DNA of 64,000 nucleotides from the NCBI GenBank assembly GCA_020637365.1, contig JACJWE010000002.1, positions 280,499 to 344,498 on the forward strand, written 5' to 3'. Source of the DNA: Acidimicrobiia bacterium. Lineage in GTDB: Bacteria; Actinomycetota; Acidimicrobiia; IMCC26256; JAGNEX01. Under the pieces are notes generated by a model that was given only the letters and a program-made list of their open reading frames with translations, made no database searches and was not told the origin of the DNA. Below, one piece after another: positions 7,485 to 19,637 of this stretch (position 1 is the stretch's first letter; each line of letters opens with the position of its first letter). The translations under genes were made by a program, and so were the position numbers.

Positions 7485-8717
7485 TCAAAGGTCTCCGGTG
7501 ATCGATCCGCTGGCGGGGGCCGCGTTTCGTTGGCGAGCGACCTCGACGCAGACGATCGCGGTCGCCACCGACACATTGAAACTTTCCATCCCGTTGTACA
7601 TCGGAATCGATACGAGCGCGTCGCATCGACGTTTCGTGAGGGTGCTCAATCCGTCGCCTTCGCTCCCCGCCACGATGACGACGGGGGCGGTGTCAAAACG
7701 GACCTGGTCATATGTTGACCCGCCGTCGCCCGCGAGGCCGTAGCTCCAGATGCCGCGCCGTTTCATATCGTCGAGGAAGGACGGTATTCCCGAGACGAGC
7801 GCGATGGGCAGCTTCTCGGCCGCGCCCGCCGCGGCTTTCATCGCCGACGCGCTGAGCCGAGCGGTTCGTTTCTTGGGCAGGACCAGACCGGTTGCACCCG
7901 CCGCGCATGCACTGCGCATAACAGCACCGAGATTCCCTGGGTCGGTGACGCCATCCAGAGCTACCAGAAACGCAGATGGGTCCTCACACAAGGCGTCAAG
8001 TGCCGTTGCTTCGATCGGCGTCGCCCTCGCTTGGACGCCTTGTGGCGTCTGGGATTGCGCCACATTGGAGAACGTCGTCCGAGTGACGGTCCGCACGCTG
8101 ACTCCGCGCTCATACGCTTTGACCATGAGCGCCTCGACATCGGGGTCGTCGGCGCGCAACCCATCGACGGTCAGCTCGATAACTCGTCGATCACCCGACA
8201 ACAGCGCGTCGACCGCCTGTATGCCTTCGACGAGATCACCTCCGATGCCGCCAACGCCGTCGGAGGACCGGCGACTACCGCTGCGAGCCCCGCGACCGAG
8301 ACGTTCACCTTCGCGCGTTCGCACGGATTGTTTGCCAGAACCCTTCGGGGCTCGTTGCGTCGATCGCGTCGATCGTTGCGCTGACCCCGACGTCGCCGTT
8401 ATACCAGCGCCTGGTCGGCTCCCACGCGACACCTGCGCGCCGCCGTGCTGACCTTGACCCGGTTTGGACTTGGTCGACTTGGCCTGACTCGACCTGGACT
8501 GGCCGAACTGCCCCGCGCCCGATTGCCCTGCACCCGATTTCCCTGCGCCCGATTTTCCCGCGCCGGATTTCCCTGCGCCGGATTTCCGCTGGTCGGAGCT
8601 ACCCGGCTTGGCTCTGCCCTGACCAGAGCGGCTCTGGGCGCTCTTTTGTTTGGTTGGACGACCTGGTTTGCCTCGGCTCGTGCCGCCGCCCGGTCCTCCT
8701 GAACGTCGTCCGCCCAT
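7485..8717 (-). CDS. rlmB: TrmH/SpoU-family 23S rRNA 2'-O-methyltransferase (RlmB-like) with a long Gly/Ser/Lys-rich repetitive N-terminus
   Basis: The C-terminal half (FLVALDGVTDPGNLGAVMRSA...IPMYNGMESFNVSVA) is the SpoU methylase domain. The start is taken at ATG 8717, because the longer ORF start overlaps cysS. It sits downstream of cysS, as in other actinobacteria. Confidence 0.8.
   Translation of the reverse strand: MGGRRSGGPGGGTSRGKPGRPTKQKSAQSRSGQGRAKPGSSDQRKSGAGKSGAGKSGAGKSGAGQSGAGQFGQSRSSQAKSTKSKPGQGQHGGAQVSRGSRPGAGITATSGSAQRSTRSTQRAPKGSGKQSVRTREGERLGRGARSGSRRSSDGVGGIGGDLVEGIQAVDALLSGDRRVIELTVDGLRADDPDVEALMVKAYERGVSVRTVTRTTFSNVAQSQTPQGVQARATPIEATALDALCEDPSAFLVALDGVTDPGNLGAVMRSACAAGATGLVLPKKRTARLSASAMKAAAGAAEKLPIALVSGIPSFLDDMKRRGIWSYGLAGDGGSTYDQVRFDTAPVVIVAGSEGDGLSTLTKRRCDALVSIPMYNGMESFNVSVATAIVCVEVARQRNAAPASGSITGDL
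8511..8585. repeat. 15-bp tandem repeat x5 (encodes (K/Q)SGAG pentapeptides) in the rlmB N-terminal region
   Basis: Units are ccccgcgcccgattg / ccctgcacccgattt / ccctgcgcccgattt / tcccgcgccggattt / ccctgcgccggattt. Confidence 0.9.
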
Positions 8718-8724
8718 GGTGCGG

Positions 8725-10125
8725 CTATCGATACCAGGTTGAGCCGTCGGCGGTGTCCTCGACGATGACGCCCATCTCCGCGAGTTCCTCGCGCAGGATG
8801 TCGGCCTCGTCGAAGTCTCGCCGAGCCCGAGCACGGTTGCGTTCAGCAACCATTGCGTCGATCAACGCGTCATCGACGCGGTGCTTGTTCCCCAGGGTTA
8901 CCTCGACGCCGAGCACCTTCAGCAGCGCGATGATCGTCCCAGCCAGCTCGGCCGCAGAGGAATAGTCGCCTGCATCGACCAACTGGTTGACGACCGTCGC
9001 CGCCTCGAAAATTGCTGCCAGTGCGGCTGGCGTGTCGAAATCGTCGTCGACGGCTGCGGTCACGGTCGACACGAGCTCCCCCGAGGCCCCCGAATGTTTG
9101 CTTCCTACGCCAACGTCGAGGCGAGGAATCTCGACATGAGCCGACACTCGCCGGACCATGTTGACGAAACGTTCGAAGGATCGGTCGGCCGCGTGGAGCT
9201 CGTCGGGGCCCATCTCCATCTGTGAGCGATAGTGGCTTTGCAACACCAGCAACCGAACCGCACGCGGATCATGTGCACCGAGCAGGTCGTCGAGCGATGA
9301 GAAATTGCCAGTCGACTTCGACATCTTTTCGCCAGCGACCTCGACCATTCCCGAATGCATCCAGTAGCGAGCAAAGGGGTCGCCAGCCGCCTCGGCCTGG
9401 GCTCGTTCGTTTTCATGGTGGGGAAACAGCAAATCGCTGCCGCCGCCGTGGATGTCGAAGCCGGGTCCGAGCAGATCGATACTCATAGCGGTGCATTCGA
9501 TGTGCCAACCCGGCCTGCCCTCACCCCACGGCGATTTCCACGTGGGCTCTCCGGGTTTTGCGTCCTTCCAAAGGGCGAAGTCGAGTGGATCAGCCTTTGC
9601 ATCGTCAGCGTCGATACGCGCCTCGGCGTTGTCCCGCAGCGCCTCGGCCGTACGACCGACCAGGTCGCCGTATCCGGGGTACCGAGCCACGGAGAAATAC
9701 ACCCCCCGACCGGGCACGACATATGCGGCGCCATCGTCGATGAGTCGTTGGATGTAGGCGATCATCTGGGGGATGTACTTGGTCGCGTAGGGCGTGTTGG
9801 TTGGCCGCTGCACGCCAAGACTGTCCATCGTCTTCCAATAGGCATCGCTGAAGTGCTTGGCTAGCTTCGCCTCTTTACGTCGGCTTTCCGAGGCGCGGGC
9901 GATGATCTTGTCATCGATGTCGGTCACGTTGGAGACGTAGTTGACGGTGTAACCGCGCCACGTCAAGCACCGACGGATCGTGTCGAAGACCAGCGCTGTC
10001 CGGCCATGTCCAAGGTGAGCCACGTCATAGACCGTCGGGCCGCAGACGTACATGGTCACCGTTGGAGCGTTCGCGGGTTCGAATGGGACGACCGCTCGTT
10101 GCATCGAGTCATAGAGATGGACCAT
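8725..10125 (-). CDS. cysS: Cysteine--tRNA ligase
   Basis: 466 aa with HLGHGR (HIGH-type) and KMSKS motifs and the class I CysRS pattern. Confidence 0.95.
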   Translation of the reverse strand: MVHLYDSMQRAVVPFEPANAPTVTMYVCGPTVYDVAHLGHGRTALVFDTIRRCLTWRGYTVNYVSNVTDIDDKIIARASESRRKEAKLAKHFSDAYWKTMDSLGVQRPTNTPYATKYIPQMIAYIQRLIDDGAAYVVPGRGVYFSVARYPGYGDLVGRTAEALRDNAEARIDADDAKADPLDFALWKDAKPGEPTWKSPWGEGRPGWHIECTAMSIDLLGPGFDIHGGGSDLLFPHHENERAQAEAAGDPFARYWMHSGMVEVAGEKMSKSTGNFSSLDDLLGAHDPRAVRLLVLQSHYRSQMEMGPDELHAADRSFERFVNMVRRVSAHVEIPRLDVGVGSKHSGASGELVSTVTAAVDDDFDTPAALAAIFEAATVVNQLVDAGDYSSAAELAGTIIALLKVLGVEVTLGNKHRVDDALIDAMVAERNRARARRDFDEADILREELAEMGVIVEDTADGSTWYR

Positions 10126-10235
10126 GGCGGCAGGCTACTTGGTTTCCTGGGCGCTGCTGGCCCTGTCGACATGAGCGCCAGACGACGATTTGAGCGCGAT
10201 CATCTCGTGTCCGCGCTGCCGCCGCGGTGCGCGGC

Positions 10236-11510
10236 CTATGCCGGCTCCGGTCTCGTCATGAGTGCGACGTTGGCCCAGCACGCTATGCCTTCGCCCCGTC
10301 CCACGGCACCGAGACCCTCTCCCCGCTTGGGTTTCAGGTTGACGTGCTCCGGGGATGCACCGAGGGGTTCGAGGGCGGTCGCCAGGTTTGATCTCATGGC
10401 GTCGAGATGTGGCGAAAGCTTCGGGCGTTCGGCGTTGATCACAACATCGAGATTGGATATCGCCCAGCCAGCGTTGCTGACGCGTTCGACGACTATCGCC
10501 AAGAGCATCATCGAATCAGCGCCCGCCCAACGGTCTTCAGAAGCGGGAAACATGCTGCCGATATCGCCGAGACCGGCCGCTCCGAGTAGGGCGTCAGCGA
10601 CCGCGTGGGCCACAGCGTCGGCATCGGAATGGCCGGCAAGGCCCTGCCCGTCGATTCGGACACCCCCCAAGACGAGTGGGGCTGAGCTCCCGAACGGGTG
10701 AATGTCGTAGCCGAGCCCAACTCGTACAGCCGGTGGAGCGACGCCGCGTCGCGCATCGTCGACTTCGCTGGCATGGTCTGACATTGGAGCCCTCGATTCA
10801 GCATCGTTGATCACCGCCAGCGTGGACCTGCCCGGCCGATCGGCGCGCGCACCGATGATCCTGCGAGCGGTTTCCAAGTCGTCGGGATCGGTGATCTTGA
10901 GGTTGGTGGGCTCTCCGGGAACGACGACGACCTCAGCGCCTAGATGTTCGAGCAACGAGGCATCGTCGGTCGCTTCAAGCCCCGCTGCATGGGCTTGTCG
11001 CAGTGCCTCCACCGAGAAGGCCTGAGGCGTCTGTACTCGTACGACCATGTCACGGTCGACGGTGTGCGACACGGTCCTTCGGTCCGGCGGCCCCTGAACT
11101 TCTTTGAGCGTATCTGTCGATGCCAGTCCTGGAATGGCCCCGGCGGCGCCGTCGAGAACGGCATCGATAACGGCATTCCACAGGGCCGGGGTAGCCAGAG
11201 GGCGTGCAGCGTCGTGGACCGCCACAATCGCCGCGTCCGGAGAGACCGCAGCAAGCCCAGAGCGAACCGACTGAGCCCGCGTATCGCCACCAGCGACACA
11301 GATCGCACCGGGGATCTCAATATCTGCGACATCCGCGGACGGTACGACGACCACCAGTTGATCGGCCACACTCGCCGCCGTACTGCAGCTGCGTTCTAAC
11401 ACCGTGCCGTCCGGCAGCTCTGCGAACTGCTTCTTGGCTCCGAAACGGCTGCCGCTCCCGCCTGCTACGACGATCGCAGCGACGAAAGGACGTTCACCAT
11501 CACCGTGCAC
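10236..11510 (-). CDS. ispDF: Bifunctional IspD/IspF (MEP cytidylyltransferase / MEcPP synthase), fused in one ORF
   Basis: The N-terminus (AAIVVAGGSGSRFG...) is IspD. The C-terminus (VGLGYDIHPF...GHSDADAVAHAVADALLGAAGLGDIG) is IspF. A linker of about 35 aa joins them with no stop codon. Confidence 0.9.
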   Translation of the reverse strand: MHGDGERPFVAAIVVAGGSGSRFGAKKQFAELPDGTVLERSCSTAASVADQLVVVVPSADVADIEIPGAICVAGGDTRAQSVRSGLAAVSPDAAIVAVHDAARPLATPALWNAVIDAVLDGAAGAIPGLASTDTLKEVQGPPDRRTVSHTVDRDMVVRVQTPQAFSVEALRQAHAAGLEATDDASLLEHLGAEVVVVPGEPTNLKITDPDDLETARRIIGARADRPGRSTLAVINDAESRAPMSDHASEVDDARRGVAPPAVRVGLGYDIHPFGSSAPLVLGGVRIDGQGLAGHSDADAVAHAVADALLGAAGLGDIGSMFPASEDRWAGADSMMLLAIVVERVSNAGWAISNLDVVINAERPKLSPHLDAMRSNLATALEPLGASPEHVNLKPKRGEGLGAVGRGEGIACWANVALMTRPEPA

Positions 11511-11532
11511 AGGACCCTAGGCGCCTAGACAC

Positions 11533-12012
11533 CTAGGCCAGCGCCTCGTCGAGCTTGGCGGTGGCCGCGTCTTCGTCGCAATCGAGCGCGAATGTCAGCT
11601 CGGAAATCAGGATCTGACGAGCACGGGCGAGCATTCGTTTTTCACCAGCGGAGAGGCCCTTGTCGTTCTCGCGCAACGACAGGTTTCGCACCACTTCGGC
11701 AACCTGGTAGATGTCCCCGCTTTTCAGTTTCTCAACGTGATTCTTGAAGCGGCGGGACCAGTTCGTCGGCATACGCGCTTCCTTCTTGCGAAGCACCGCA
11801 AAAACTTCTTCGACCTCTTCGTCGTTGATGACCTCACGAAGACCGATCTCTTCGGTGTTGTCCGCTGGGACCTTGAGCGTCAAATCACCGTATGCGAGGC
11901 GAAGCACCAGATAGTCACGGGTTTCCCCGAACGCTTCAAGCTCGATCCGGTCTTCGACGGTGGCCGCGCCGTGGTGCGGATAAACAACTTTGTCACCGAC
12001 ATCAAAGGACAT
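11533..12012 (-). CDS. carD: CarD-family RNA-polymerase-binding transcription regulator
   Basis: MSFDVGDKVVYPHHGAATVEDR...LVLRLAYGDLTLKVP... is a canonical CarD. It sits upstream of ispD as in mycobacteria. Confidence 0.95.
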   Translation of the reverse strand: MSFDVGDKVVYPHHGAATVEDRIELEAFGETRDYLVLRLAYGDLTLKVPADNTEEIGLREVINDEEVEEVFAVLRKKEARMPTNWSRRFKNHVEKLKSGDIYQVAEVVRNLSLRENDKGLSAGEKRMLARARQILISELTFALDCDEDAATAKLDEALA

Positions 12013-12097
12013 ACACGCTCCAGAAAAACTAAGTCAGAAGCTCTCGGGCCAGACGAACTGCGCAGAGGCTGCGGATGCAACCCTGTCTTTTAGACGG

Positions 12098-12916
12098 TTA
12101 TTCCGCCGGATCTCTAAGCCAGCGGAGACTTTCTTCCCAACAGTACGCCGCGTCTTGGGCTCGATGGGCAGGACGGTCGGGGTCGTGGACGAACCCGTGA
12201 TCCGCGCCCTCGATCGTTACCGAACGGTGTGGCCTGCGCCACGTGGCAGCGAATCTGCGGACATCTTCGGCGGGAACCCAGGGATCGAGGGACCCGAACC
12301 ACGCCAGGGTCGGGGTCTGTGCTGGCTCGCTGTCAAGCGGGCCATAGTGCCCCGGACCATCCCACGCGGGTGGCGTCCGCAACATGCCGTAAAAGGAGAC
12401 CACCGCACTAGCGACACCGGCTTGGGCCGCCTTGAACGCGTAATAGCCGCCCGCACAAAACCCGATGAGGCCCGGCGTGTGGCCGTCACACTCCGGCATC
12501 GCTTCCAGGTAGGCGGCACAGGCCTTGATGTCGGACAGCTGTTGAGAGTCGACCAGATCGGGCATCGCTGCGAATCGAGCGTCGATGTCCATGTGTTCTC
12601 GCTTTTTGCGGGGAATGCGCGAAAACGGCTCGGGAGCAATGACGCACCAACCGTTTGTCGCGATGCGGTGAGCGATGTCATCGAACAACGGCCGCACGCC
12701 AAAAATGTCGGGAAGGAGAATGATCGCTGGAAACCGTTCGTCGTCATGGGTCGGTTCGGGCCAGGCCAGGATTGCGTCCAGGGGATGTTCGCCTTCGCGT
12801 TCGACCCCGATACGAGCGACGGTGGCTTCCCAACGTCCCGCTTCAAGTAGTGCCATGTGGTGTCCTGTCAAGCGTTCGACTGCGAAATGGGCGGTATCCG
12901 CCGCCACGTTGTACAT
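12098..12916 (-). CDS. Dienelactone hydrolase family protein
   Basis: It has the GFCAGG nucleophile motif, a DHGF histidine motif and alpha/beta-hydrolase spacing. The start may be the internal ATG at 12856. Confidence 0.75.
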   Translation of the reverse strand: MYNVAADTAHFAVERLTGHHMALLEAGRWEATVARIGVEREGEHPLDAILAWPEPTHDDERFPAIILLPDIFGVRPLFDDIAHRIATNGWCVIAPEPFSRIPRKKREHMDIDARFAAMPDLVDSQQLSDIKACAAYLEAMPECDGHTPGLIGFCAGGYYAFKAAQAGVASAVVSFYGMLRTPPAWDGPGHYGPLDSEPAQTPTLAWFGSLDPWVPAEDVRRFAATWRRPHRSVTIEGADHGFVHDPDRPAHRAQDAAYCWEESLRWLRDPAE

Positions 12917-13006
12917 CCTCGCCGCCGCACGCGGGCTGACGCCTCTGCACTCCTGGTTCGTTTCATCTGGGCCGCTGGAGCCACAGCCCAGATCCCCGCG
13001 TGCCGC

Positions 13007-14062
13007 TTACGCGAACCGGTCCATCATCGATACTTCGGCCAGACGAGACAAACCGTCTTTGATGTTCTGCGCATCGACCTGGCTGACCGACGGAACCGCC
13101 ATGAGCTCTTCCATCGATGCTCTGATGATCTCGTGCAGAGTTCCAAAGTGTTCGACAACCTCGTTGATCAGATCGTCGGACAGGCGTGGAAGGCGACCCA
13201 ACATTCGGTAGCCGCGGGCGGAGACGCCATCATCAAGGTCGACGCTATCGTCGAAAAAGAGCGTTTCCGCTACTGCCCTCACGTTGAGAACATCGTCGTT
13301 GCTGAGCTGCTCGATACCGGTGTTCGCTTCGGCCATCCGATCGAGTGGCACGTAGTCGCGGAGCACACCAAAACGATCGGCGACAACCCCTGCCATCATC
13401 TCTTCGAGCTGCAACAAAATCAGCCTGCCGTCGGCGCCGAGTTCGATGACATAGCCGTCGATCTCAACAGCGATCCGCCTCACCATTTCGGAGCGCATCA
13501 CCGCGAGCGCGACGTCGCGAACCGACGTCAGATCCTCTATCTCGTGAGCGGAGAGCTGCGACATGACGGTATCGAAACGAGACTTATAACGCTGCAAGGT
13601 CTGCAGCGCCGGGTTCGCACGGTCGAGAATCCGCGAGATCGGCATCAACGTATGCCGAACTTCACCGCGATAGATGGTGACGACTGCCATGTCTTCAGAA
13701 ACCGAGATCACCGGCGCGTCGATCTGGCGCGCTACCCGTTCGGCCGTACGGTGCCGGGTACCGGTTTCGGTAGTGCGAATCGTCGGATCAGGCATGAGCT
13801 GTACGTTCGCCCTCGCCACCCGCGTACAGTCGGAATTGAGGATGATCGCGCCGTCCATTTTGGCCAGCTCTGAGAGCCGCTGTGGGGTGAACTCTGCGTC
13901 GAGGAGAAACCCACCGGAGCAGATGGACAACACTCCGGGGTCGTCACCCACCACGATGAGCGCACCGCGTCGACCTTGAAGTATCCGGTCAATGCCGTCT
14001 CGGACCTCGGTGCCGGGAGCCAGCATTCTCAACGTTTCCAAGAGCGGTGCTGAGTGGACCAT
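13007..14062 (-). CDS. disA: DNA integrity scanning protein DisA (diadenylate cyclase)
   Basis: 351 aa. LRMLAPGTEVRDGIDRIL..RRGALIVVGD...DGAIIL...TRHRTAERV is the DAC domain, followed by a C-terminal HhH. It is adjacent to radA. Confidence 0.95.
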   Translation of the reverse strand: MVHSAPLLETLRMLAPGTEVRDGIDRILQGRRGALIVVGDDPGVLSICSGGFLLDAEFTPQRLSELAKMDGAIILNSDCTRVARANVQLMPDPTIRTTETGTRHRTAERVARQIDAPVISVSEDMAVVTIYRGEVRHTLMPISRILDRANPALQTLQRYKSRFDTVMSQLSAHEIEDLTSVRDVALAVMRSEMVRRIAVEIDGYVIELGADGRLILLQLEEMMAGVVADRFGVLRDYVPLDRMAEANTGIEQLSNDDVLNVRAVAETLFFDDSVDLDDGVSARGYRMLGRLPRLSDDLINEVVEHFGTLHEIIRASMEELMAVPSVSQVDAQNIKDGLSRLAEVSMMDRFA

Positions 14063-14086
14063 CAGATGCCTTCGCGTTTGCCTAAC

Positions 14087-14180
14087 AGGTCAGCGAATAG
14101 GACCGACCTCATCGAATGCTTGGTTGCGTCATACCCGCTCATGCAGCTTGTGGTGCAGGCCGCTCGAGCTATGCCCCGGC
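14087..14180. repeat. Conserved intergenic element, copy B (hairpin AGGTCAG-N9-CCGACCT plus core CGCTCATGCAGCTTG-N8-GCCGCTCGA)
   Basis: It shares a 17-nt identity (cccgctcatgcagcttg) with copy A and is colinear with it over about 90 nt. It occupies the radA-disA spacer. Confidence 0.8.
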
Positions 14181-14196
14181 CTATCCGCGGGGACAC

Positions 14197-15561
14197 TTAG
14201 CTGACCGAGGCCGCCAGCGGCCCGACAAGCCCCGCCGAACGCAGGGCATCCCTCAGTGTAGCGATTTGGATCACTGGTGAGTCCTCGACCCCAACACCCG
14301 ACTTTGACCCCAGCAGCTTGGTATAGCCGAGCCGTTGAGCTTCGGCGAGTGCCCGTTCGGATCCTGAGGTTGGGCGGACATCGCCGACGAGATCCAGTTC
14401 ACCGCAAGCCGCCAACCCTGCCCAAACGCTCCGGCCGCGACGCGCGCTGGCCAGGGCTAGGGCGAGAGCCAGGTCCGCGTCGGGCGCGCTGACCCGGATT
14501 CCGCCCACGACAGACGCGTACACGTCACAAGCAGCGAAATCGACTCCACCGTGTTGTTCGAGGATAGCGATGATCATGTTGAGTCGCCCGGCGTCGATCC
14601 CTTGACTCATGCGGCGCGCGGCGGGCGACGGAGTCACCAGCGCTTGCACTTCGATCAGAACCGGTCGCGCCCCCATGGTCACCGCCCCGATCACCGATCC
14701 GGGACGAGGCTGTTCTCCTCGTTCGGTCGATCCTGAGGGCTGACATAGCGGGAGCAGTCCGGCCGTACCCATCGAGAAGATCCCCACCTCGTGTGTAGAA
14801 CCAAACCGATGTTTGTGTGCCCGAAGGAGTCGGACGCTTTGGGTGCGGTCACCTTCGAAGGCGAGCACGGTGTCGACGACGTGCTCGAGAACACGGGGGC
14901 CGGCGAGGCTCCCCTCTTTGGTGACGTGACCGACCATGACAACAGCGGGTCCAGAGTTCTTGGCGAGTGCTGTCAAGCGTTGGGCACACCCTGCGACCTG
15001 GGCAACCGAACCCGGAACACCCGCACAGTCTGGATGCGCCATCGTTTGAATGGAATCGACCACGACCACGTCTGGTGAAAACGCCGAGATCTGATCGAGT
15101 GCATGTGCGAGTGATGTCGCTCCGAGCACAGAGATCCCCGCCGTGTTGACCCCTAAGCGATCGGCGCGCAGTTTGACCTGTTTGGGGGATTCTTCACCGC
15201 AGACCAACAAGCAACGATGCCCCAGCGCTGCGAGCGAGCCGAGCATCTGCAACGTCATCGTGCTCTTGCCGATTCCAGGCTCACCGCCCAGCACCGTCAC
15301 CGAACCGGGGACGAGGCCCCCGCTGAGCACCCGGTCTAACTCGCTCATGCCCGTCGGTGTCGGGACGGCGTCGAGCAGGGAAACCTCGGCGAGCGGCACG
15401 ACGCCTTCACCGGTGATGCCGACGTGCTGTTCAGACTCGACCGGACCCACTTGAGTCTGTTCCAGTGAGCCCCATGTACCACAGTCGCTGCAGCGCCCGT
15501 GCCACTGCGGTGTTTGCGCTCCGCAGTGGGTGCATTCGAAAACGATCGCTGTCTTGGCCAT
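14197..15561 (-). CDS. radA: DNA repair protein RadA/Sms
   Basis: It has an N-terminal zinc finger (CTHCGAQTPQWHGRCSDCGTW), a Walker A (GGEPGIGKST), the KNRFG-like HKHRFG motif and a Lon-like C-terminus. Confidence 0.95.
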   Translation of the reverse strand: MAKTAIVFECTHCGAQTPQWHGRCSDCGTWGSLEQTQVGPVESEQHVGITGEGVVPLAEVSLLDAVPTPTGMSELDRVLSGGLVPGSVTVLGGEPGIGKSTMTLQMLGSLAALGHRCLLVCGEESPKQVKLRADRLGVNTAGISVLGATSLAHALDQISAFSPDVVVVDSIQTMAHPDCAGVPGSVAQVAGCAQRLTALAKNSGPAVVMVGHVTKEGSLAGPRVLEHVVDTVLAFEGDRTQSVRLLRAHKHRFGSTHEVGIFSMGTAGLLPLCQPSGSTERGEQPRPGSVIGAVTMGARPVLIEVQALVTPSPAARRMSQGIDAGRLNMIIAILEQHGGVDFAACDVYASVVGGIRVSAPDADLALALALASARRGRSVWAGLAACGELDLVGDVRPTSGSERALAEAQRLGYTKLLGSKSGVGVEDSPVIQIATLRDALRSAGLVGPLAASVS

Positions 15562-15703
15562 GGGTCAAACCATACCGATCGCATGTGACAACGAAACCGA
15601 TGTGAGCGCGATGGCTCCCCTCAGCCCGGCTCGAACACGGGACACAACCAGCCCGACCACAGTGCGTAGGCCTCGGGGTTGACGCCAGTCATGTCACCGC
15701 GCG

Positions 15704-16628
15704 CTATCGAAACAACCTGCGGCGACGACGACGGAAGTTTGGGGCACGACGGCCAGAGGAACGCGAACCTCGTCGTGAATACGTTGAGCTACCTGCGAAC
15801 ATGGTCCGCCCCCGACGCTGCTGTCGAGAGATCGACCGTCCCCAGATCAGCGCGGCGATCAGCACCAGGAACGCACCGATCGCGACCCACAGCGCCGCCG
15901 CCCGATCCGGATCGGTCACCTCTGAAGTCGCCTTGAAATCGGCAGCCTCACCGGGCGAGATCACCACCCCCCGAAAGTTGTCAGGTTGAGGGGTTTGTAC
16001 CGCTGACCTCGTCACATTCTCATTGCCGGGGAGCTCTGCGGAGATGCCCAGCAGAAACTCGTCGTCCAGGCTCGCCAAACCGGCAGCCAGCACATCTGCG
16101 TCGCCGGTGGCTGCGTCGATTCGGTTGCGCAACGGCGTATCCAGGGCGCTGGCGAAGCCATTGCTCAGATCGAGTTTCGCGTCTACTCGATATGTCGTCT
16201 TCAGGCTTCCCGGATCGACAGAAACGGTCAATCCTTGTAGGGGTCCGTCGGTCGCCACATACGGGGCGACAACTCGAGCGAAGTCCTCTGGAGAGTCAAA
16301 ATCATGGCTGCCGACGACATGAACGCCGTCGTCGCGTTCCTCGACCGTGATCTCCCAGCCATCTTGTTCGAGGTCGCTCAGTGCAAGATCGTCCGCCGTA
16401 ATGACCGATGTGTCCTCTTGGGATGCAGCGACATCTGCGGTGACGGTCACGACGCCCGCGCCATCCTCGAGCATATGCACATTGAGCAGCGTCGACGCGC
16501 GGCAGCCCGACAGCGCCGACACGGCGAGCACCATAAAGACCGCGGACACAGTCCGCGGCCAGCGCGTCGAGGGCAGCTTGATGGCTCCGACTCCTCTCTC
16601 AACGAGCCGGAGCCATCCTGCTTGGGAC

Positions 16629-16654
<26 letters not shown>
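15704..16654 (-). CDS. Hypothetical lipoprotein with a C-terminal TM anchor and a poly-Arg tail
   Basis: It has a lipobox (AVSALSGC), a C-terminal TM (ALWVAIGAFLVLIAALIW) and the tail ...RRAPNFRRRRRRLFR. The true start is probably downstream of 16654, since that ORF start overlaps the clpC1 3' end. Confidence 0.55.
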
Positions 16655-19112
<2,458 letters not shown>

Positions 19113-19637
19113 TTCTGTCCTCCGCTGCTTGTCGCCTGGTGACCGGAGGCCACGGGGCGATCATCGCTCGGCGTTGTTGTCTTTCCTCGTAGCCAACACC
19201 CAGACCGGTCTCGTACATTCCCGCGTGAATCGGTGGCGACCGCAAGTTGCCCAGAGAAGCCACGCATCGAAACCGAAAACCCATGCGCCAGAACCGCCGT
19301 AGTGCGACTTGCCCGCCCCGTGGATGGCAAGGTCACACCGCCACCCATCCGACCGGTCCGTCATCAGCTACTAGCAGTGTACCGGGTGCCTCTGACACAC
19401 ACCTGCCGCGATTGTGCGTTGTTACGGAACTGCGGCATCGAGATGACGCTCGCGTGGCCGCTACGCCGTCACCCGGCTAACATGGTGGGCGAACAACGGA
19501 CCTCGACTCGTCATGTGCGGGGATCCACGTTGCGCCTCTGATTCAGACCATCTTGTTTGCTGCTCTGGGTCCGCGCGCACTCAGCGTGTGATCGCTGCCC
19601 GTCTCGGCCGAGGCAATACCTCAAAAGGGGTTGAGCG

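Noticed and set aside
8511-8585. Regularly spaced short repeats (here and at 25311-25370 and 51061-51135), considered as possible CRISPR arrays
   Set aside because: The units are contiguous 15-bp tandem copies with no spacers. They lie in frame within coding sequence, and no cas genes are present.
11517-11528. 12-bp perfect palindrome CTAGGCGCCTAG between the carD stop and the ispDF start
   Set aside because: It is short, single-copy, and could be fortuitous or a minor hairpin. There is nothing further to support a function.
14130-14150. GGGTAT on the minus strand of repeat copy B, considered as a SigF/SigB-type -10 promoter element for disA
   Set aside because: There is no matching -35 (GTTT-like) at the right spacing, and the hexamer is not conserved in copies A (GGGACA) or C (GCGATT).
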